Source of the DNA: Reclinomonas americana ATCC 50394
Lineage: Eukaryota
Assembly (NCBI GenBank): GCA_048213135.1
Contig: PS015124.1
Coordinates: forward strand, 48,528 to 87,652
Length of the DNA: 39,125 nucleotides
Direction: 5' to 3'
Shown: in pieces, positions 37,001 to 39,125 of the stretch
Numbering within the stretch: position 1 is the stretch's first letter
How the letters are laid out: each line of letters begins with the position of its first letter
Translations under genes and position numbers: made by a program
Notes under the pieces: generated by a model
Database searches by the model: none
What the model saw: the letters and a program-made list of their open reading frames with translations, nothing else
Told to the model about the DNA's origin: nothing

Positions 37001-39125
37001 GACCCAGCATGAGATTGCACTATTGCTCATACGCATGAGGGGGATGCTGAATACAAAGCCACTCCCACCCCATTCGAGGCACGTACCATCAAAATCGCGT
37101 GATCCTCCGAATCGCCCTTGCGCTGATTCTGGAAGAACTCGGGCGTGGTCCAAATGTCGTCGTGCCCAGCAAAAATGTTCTCGTCCGTGTCCCACGTCAT
37201 GAGGCTGATCATGCGTGCAATGATACGCGGCTCACGTGTGTCTGCGCCAAGATTGACATGAGTGAACCGGAAGATCACACGCGGTATTTGAATGATGGTG
37301 GCGACGCACCGCGCGGGACTGGCAACTCCGGCGGCAACACGTACGACGGCAGGAAGCGGTCCATCAACTTCTCGTCCTTGCGCACCACCGGGAAGCGCGC
37401 CGTAATGCCGCGCGTCTTCATCTCGGCGTGCCACGTCTTGTCACGCTCCAAAATGTCGTCCGGCACCTTGTAGTGCGGGTCGAACACAGGATCGGGATCG
37501 TCCTCAAAGTCGATGCGTGGACCGAGATCTGTGGCACGCCAATGGTCAGCAACCAGGAAGCAGCGAGGGGAAAATACAATATGAGCAGCACCTTGGATAA
37601 AGTAGGCGCTGAATGTGACTTTCTGGTCGGCCTCCGGATGGAACGGGTTGACGAGTTTCAGCGTGCCCTGGAACATGCGCGTGGTCTCGCCACTGCGCTC
37701 CGTGTACGCCGACTTGTTGGCCTTCAGAATGCTGGAGACAGCTGTGGGGATAGCAAACAGTATACCGGTGAGATGATGCGGCTGTTAACTTCCTCGTTTT
37801 GCGATATTACGCACATAACCGCACAGTGCCCAGCAAATCATTGCCGTCCTTGTCCTCGTCAAACACCTCCAACTGAATCTTACCCTTGGCCTTGAACTCG
37901 TCCGGCGACTTGTCGATAAAGAGCACAGGGAAGTATAGCTTGGTGTCGAAGCGCGGATCCAGCTTCTCCGTGATTGTCTGCGCAGTGGGATGAGCATAAC
38001 TGTGCGGTGGAGTGGTGACTCTTCCGTGGAGGGCAGACGCAACTCTTGTGCGATACTGCATGCCGTCGTAGCTGACGACGACAAACGCATCCGAGTACAA
38101 CGAGGCGTCCGCCGCAATCAGATTCTGGCACGACTGAACGTGCACGGCGAGGTACGTGTGCCACGGCTTCAGCGTATCTGTGAAGCAGAGTCAGTATTGC
38201 AGAAGTGTAGAACGTATGAGTTGGAGTGGCGGGCGCAACAGAATTCGCCAGCCTGAATGTAGCGCGGACTGGACAGCAGGTTCACACTGCCCTGCAACAC
38301 ACCACCCGGTGTTCGTTTCCGACCCTCCACGTGCACTGCAATGGACGCGAGTATAAAGTGAGGGCGTCGAGTTTTGTAATGGCAGGGGAGAGAGCGCGAC
38401 GCACCAAGACGACATTGCAACATTTGCGTGTCCACCACACCACGCAGGGGCAGCAAACGCTCGCCAATCTTCACATCGCGTGTGCGGTTCCAGTCAAACA
38501 CCTGTACATCCAGATCCTCGTTCTCCAGCTCGCTCATGGTCCCGTAGTATGTCACCGAGCCCAACGTGTCCCACACAGGCTCGCTGCGGTGGCACACAAG
38601 GTGAGTCGAACGTGTATGTCGCGCGAAGGCAGTCCACACACGACGTACGTTGTCTGATAAATGACTGGCGACTGGAGGCCGCGGCCATAGAAACCGCCCA
38701 GCTTCTTCCATTTCCTCCAGTCCCTGCAGGAGAATGTCAGCTCACATCGACAACAGTTCGCCGACACACACATCCATCCACTCACCGCTTGATGACGAGC
38801 TTCACGTACGGATCCGAGACCAACTCTGCCTGCCCCTCCTTCCGGTCGACACCGACAATCTCGCGACCGGTCCAATCGTCGAAACTCATCACAAACTGGA
38901 ACATCTCCTGGAACATGATCTCAAAGTCGAGCTTCATCACGATCGGTGAGGAGGGGTGCGAGTCAAGGTGTGAGACGGAAGGGGAAGAGAAAGATGATGA
39001 TGATGATGGGAAATGAAGGATATCATTGCCGTCGCTGGCACCCGGTGGTGCGCGCAGCTCCACCGACTGCTGCACCTCGCCCGACGCAATGTCCACCAGC
39101 TTGGTGCGCGAGAAGCCCTTCAGCT
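34032..39125 (-). CDS. C2-domain protein of the CEP76/CC2D2A (MKS6) family with transglutaminase-like domain; 5' end outside the window
   Basis: C2 motifs: SDPYVKLVI, VQVFDWN, ADASLYSDAFVVV, LEVFDEDKDGNDLLG. Family core: WTTPEFFQNQRKGDSEDHAILM|CNLMLG...AYLCIG...HTWVMT...FWETSSGKHY and PYAKIYVVFNHTNLWAN. C-terminal QFCFAVHL|EAYRNQVLAVWVYV. About 21 introns in the window. Exact orthology is not assignable by eye. Confidence 0.88.
38946..39023 (-). other. U12-type (minor spliceosome) AT-AC intron, 78 nt
   Basis: On the minus strand: 5' end ATATCCTTC, branch-site-like CCTTGAC with its A at 38963, and 3' end CTCAC. The tract contains no AG. Removal gives GN|AIVMKLDFE. Confidence 0.88.

Noticed and set aside
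16467-39125. Functional clustering of NBS1, gamma-tubulin and the CEP76/CC2D2A-like gene
   Set aside because: Unrelated genes intervene and no shared regulatory signal is visible; chance adjacency is sufficient.

Overview
This is an intron-rich eukaryotic (probably flagellated protist) draft-assembly window with many N gaps and AG/AC microsatellites, so the raw ORF track is mostly noise and I rebuilt the genes by hand-splicing. In order: an ankyrin-repeat gene (+); a cluster of eight small, Arg/His-rich, signal-peptide genes of no family I recognise, lying largely in a ~4.4-5.1 kb tandem duplication; NBS1/nibrin (+); gamma-tubulin (-); a ~2,200-aa FN3-repeat, probably GPI-anchored surface protein (-); a poorly resolved small gene (+); and a C2-domain CEP76/CC2D2A-family gene (-, 5' end outside the window). 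The most striking signal is in the splicing code. By my manual count about 37 of ~78 donors (29 of ~70 non-redundant) read GTT-NCG/GTT-GAG, i.e. the usual GTGCG/GTGAG/GTACG motif displaced by one base. These follow a non-G exon end in 28 of 29 cases, whereas ordinary donors mostly follow G. The window also holds a U12-type AT-AC intron and a probable GC-AG intron.
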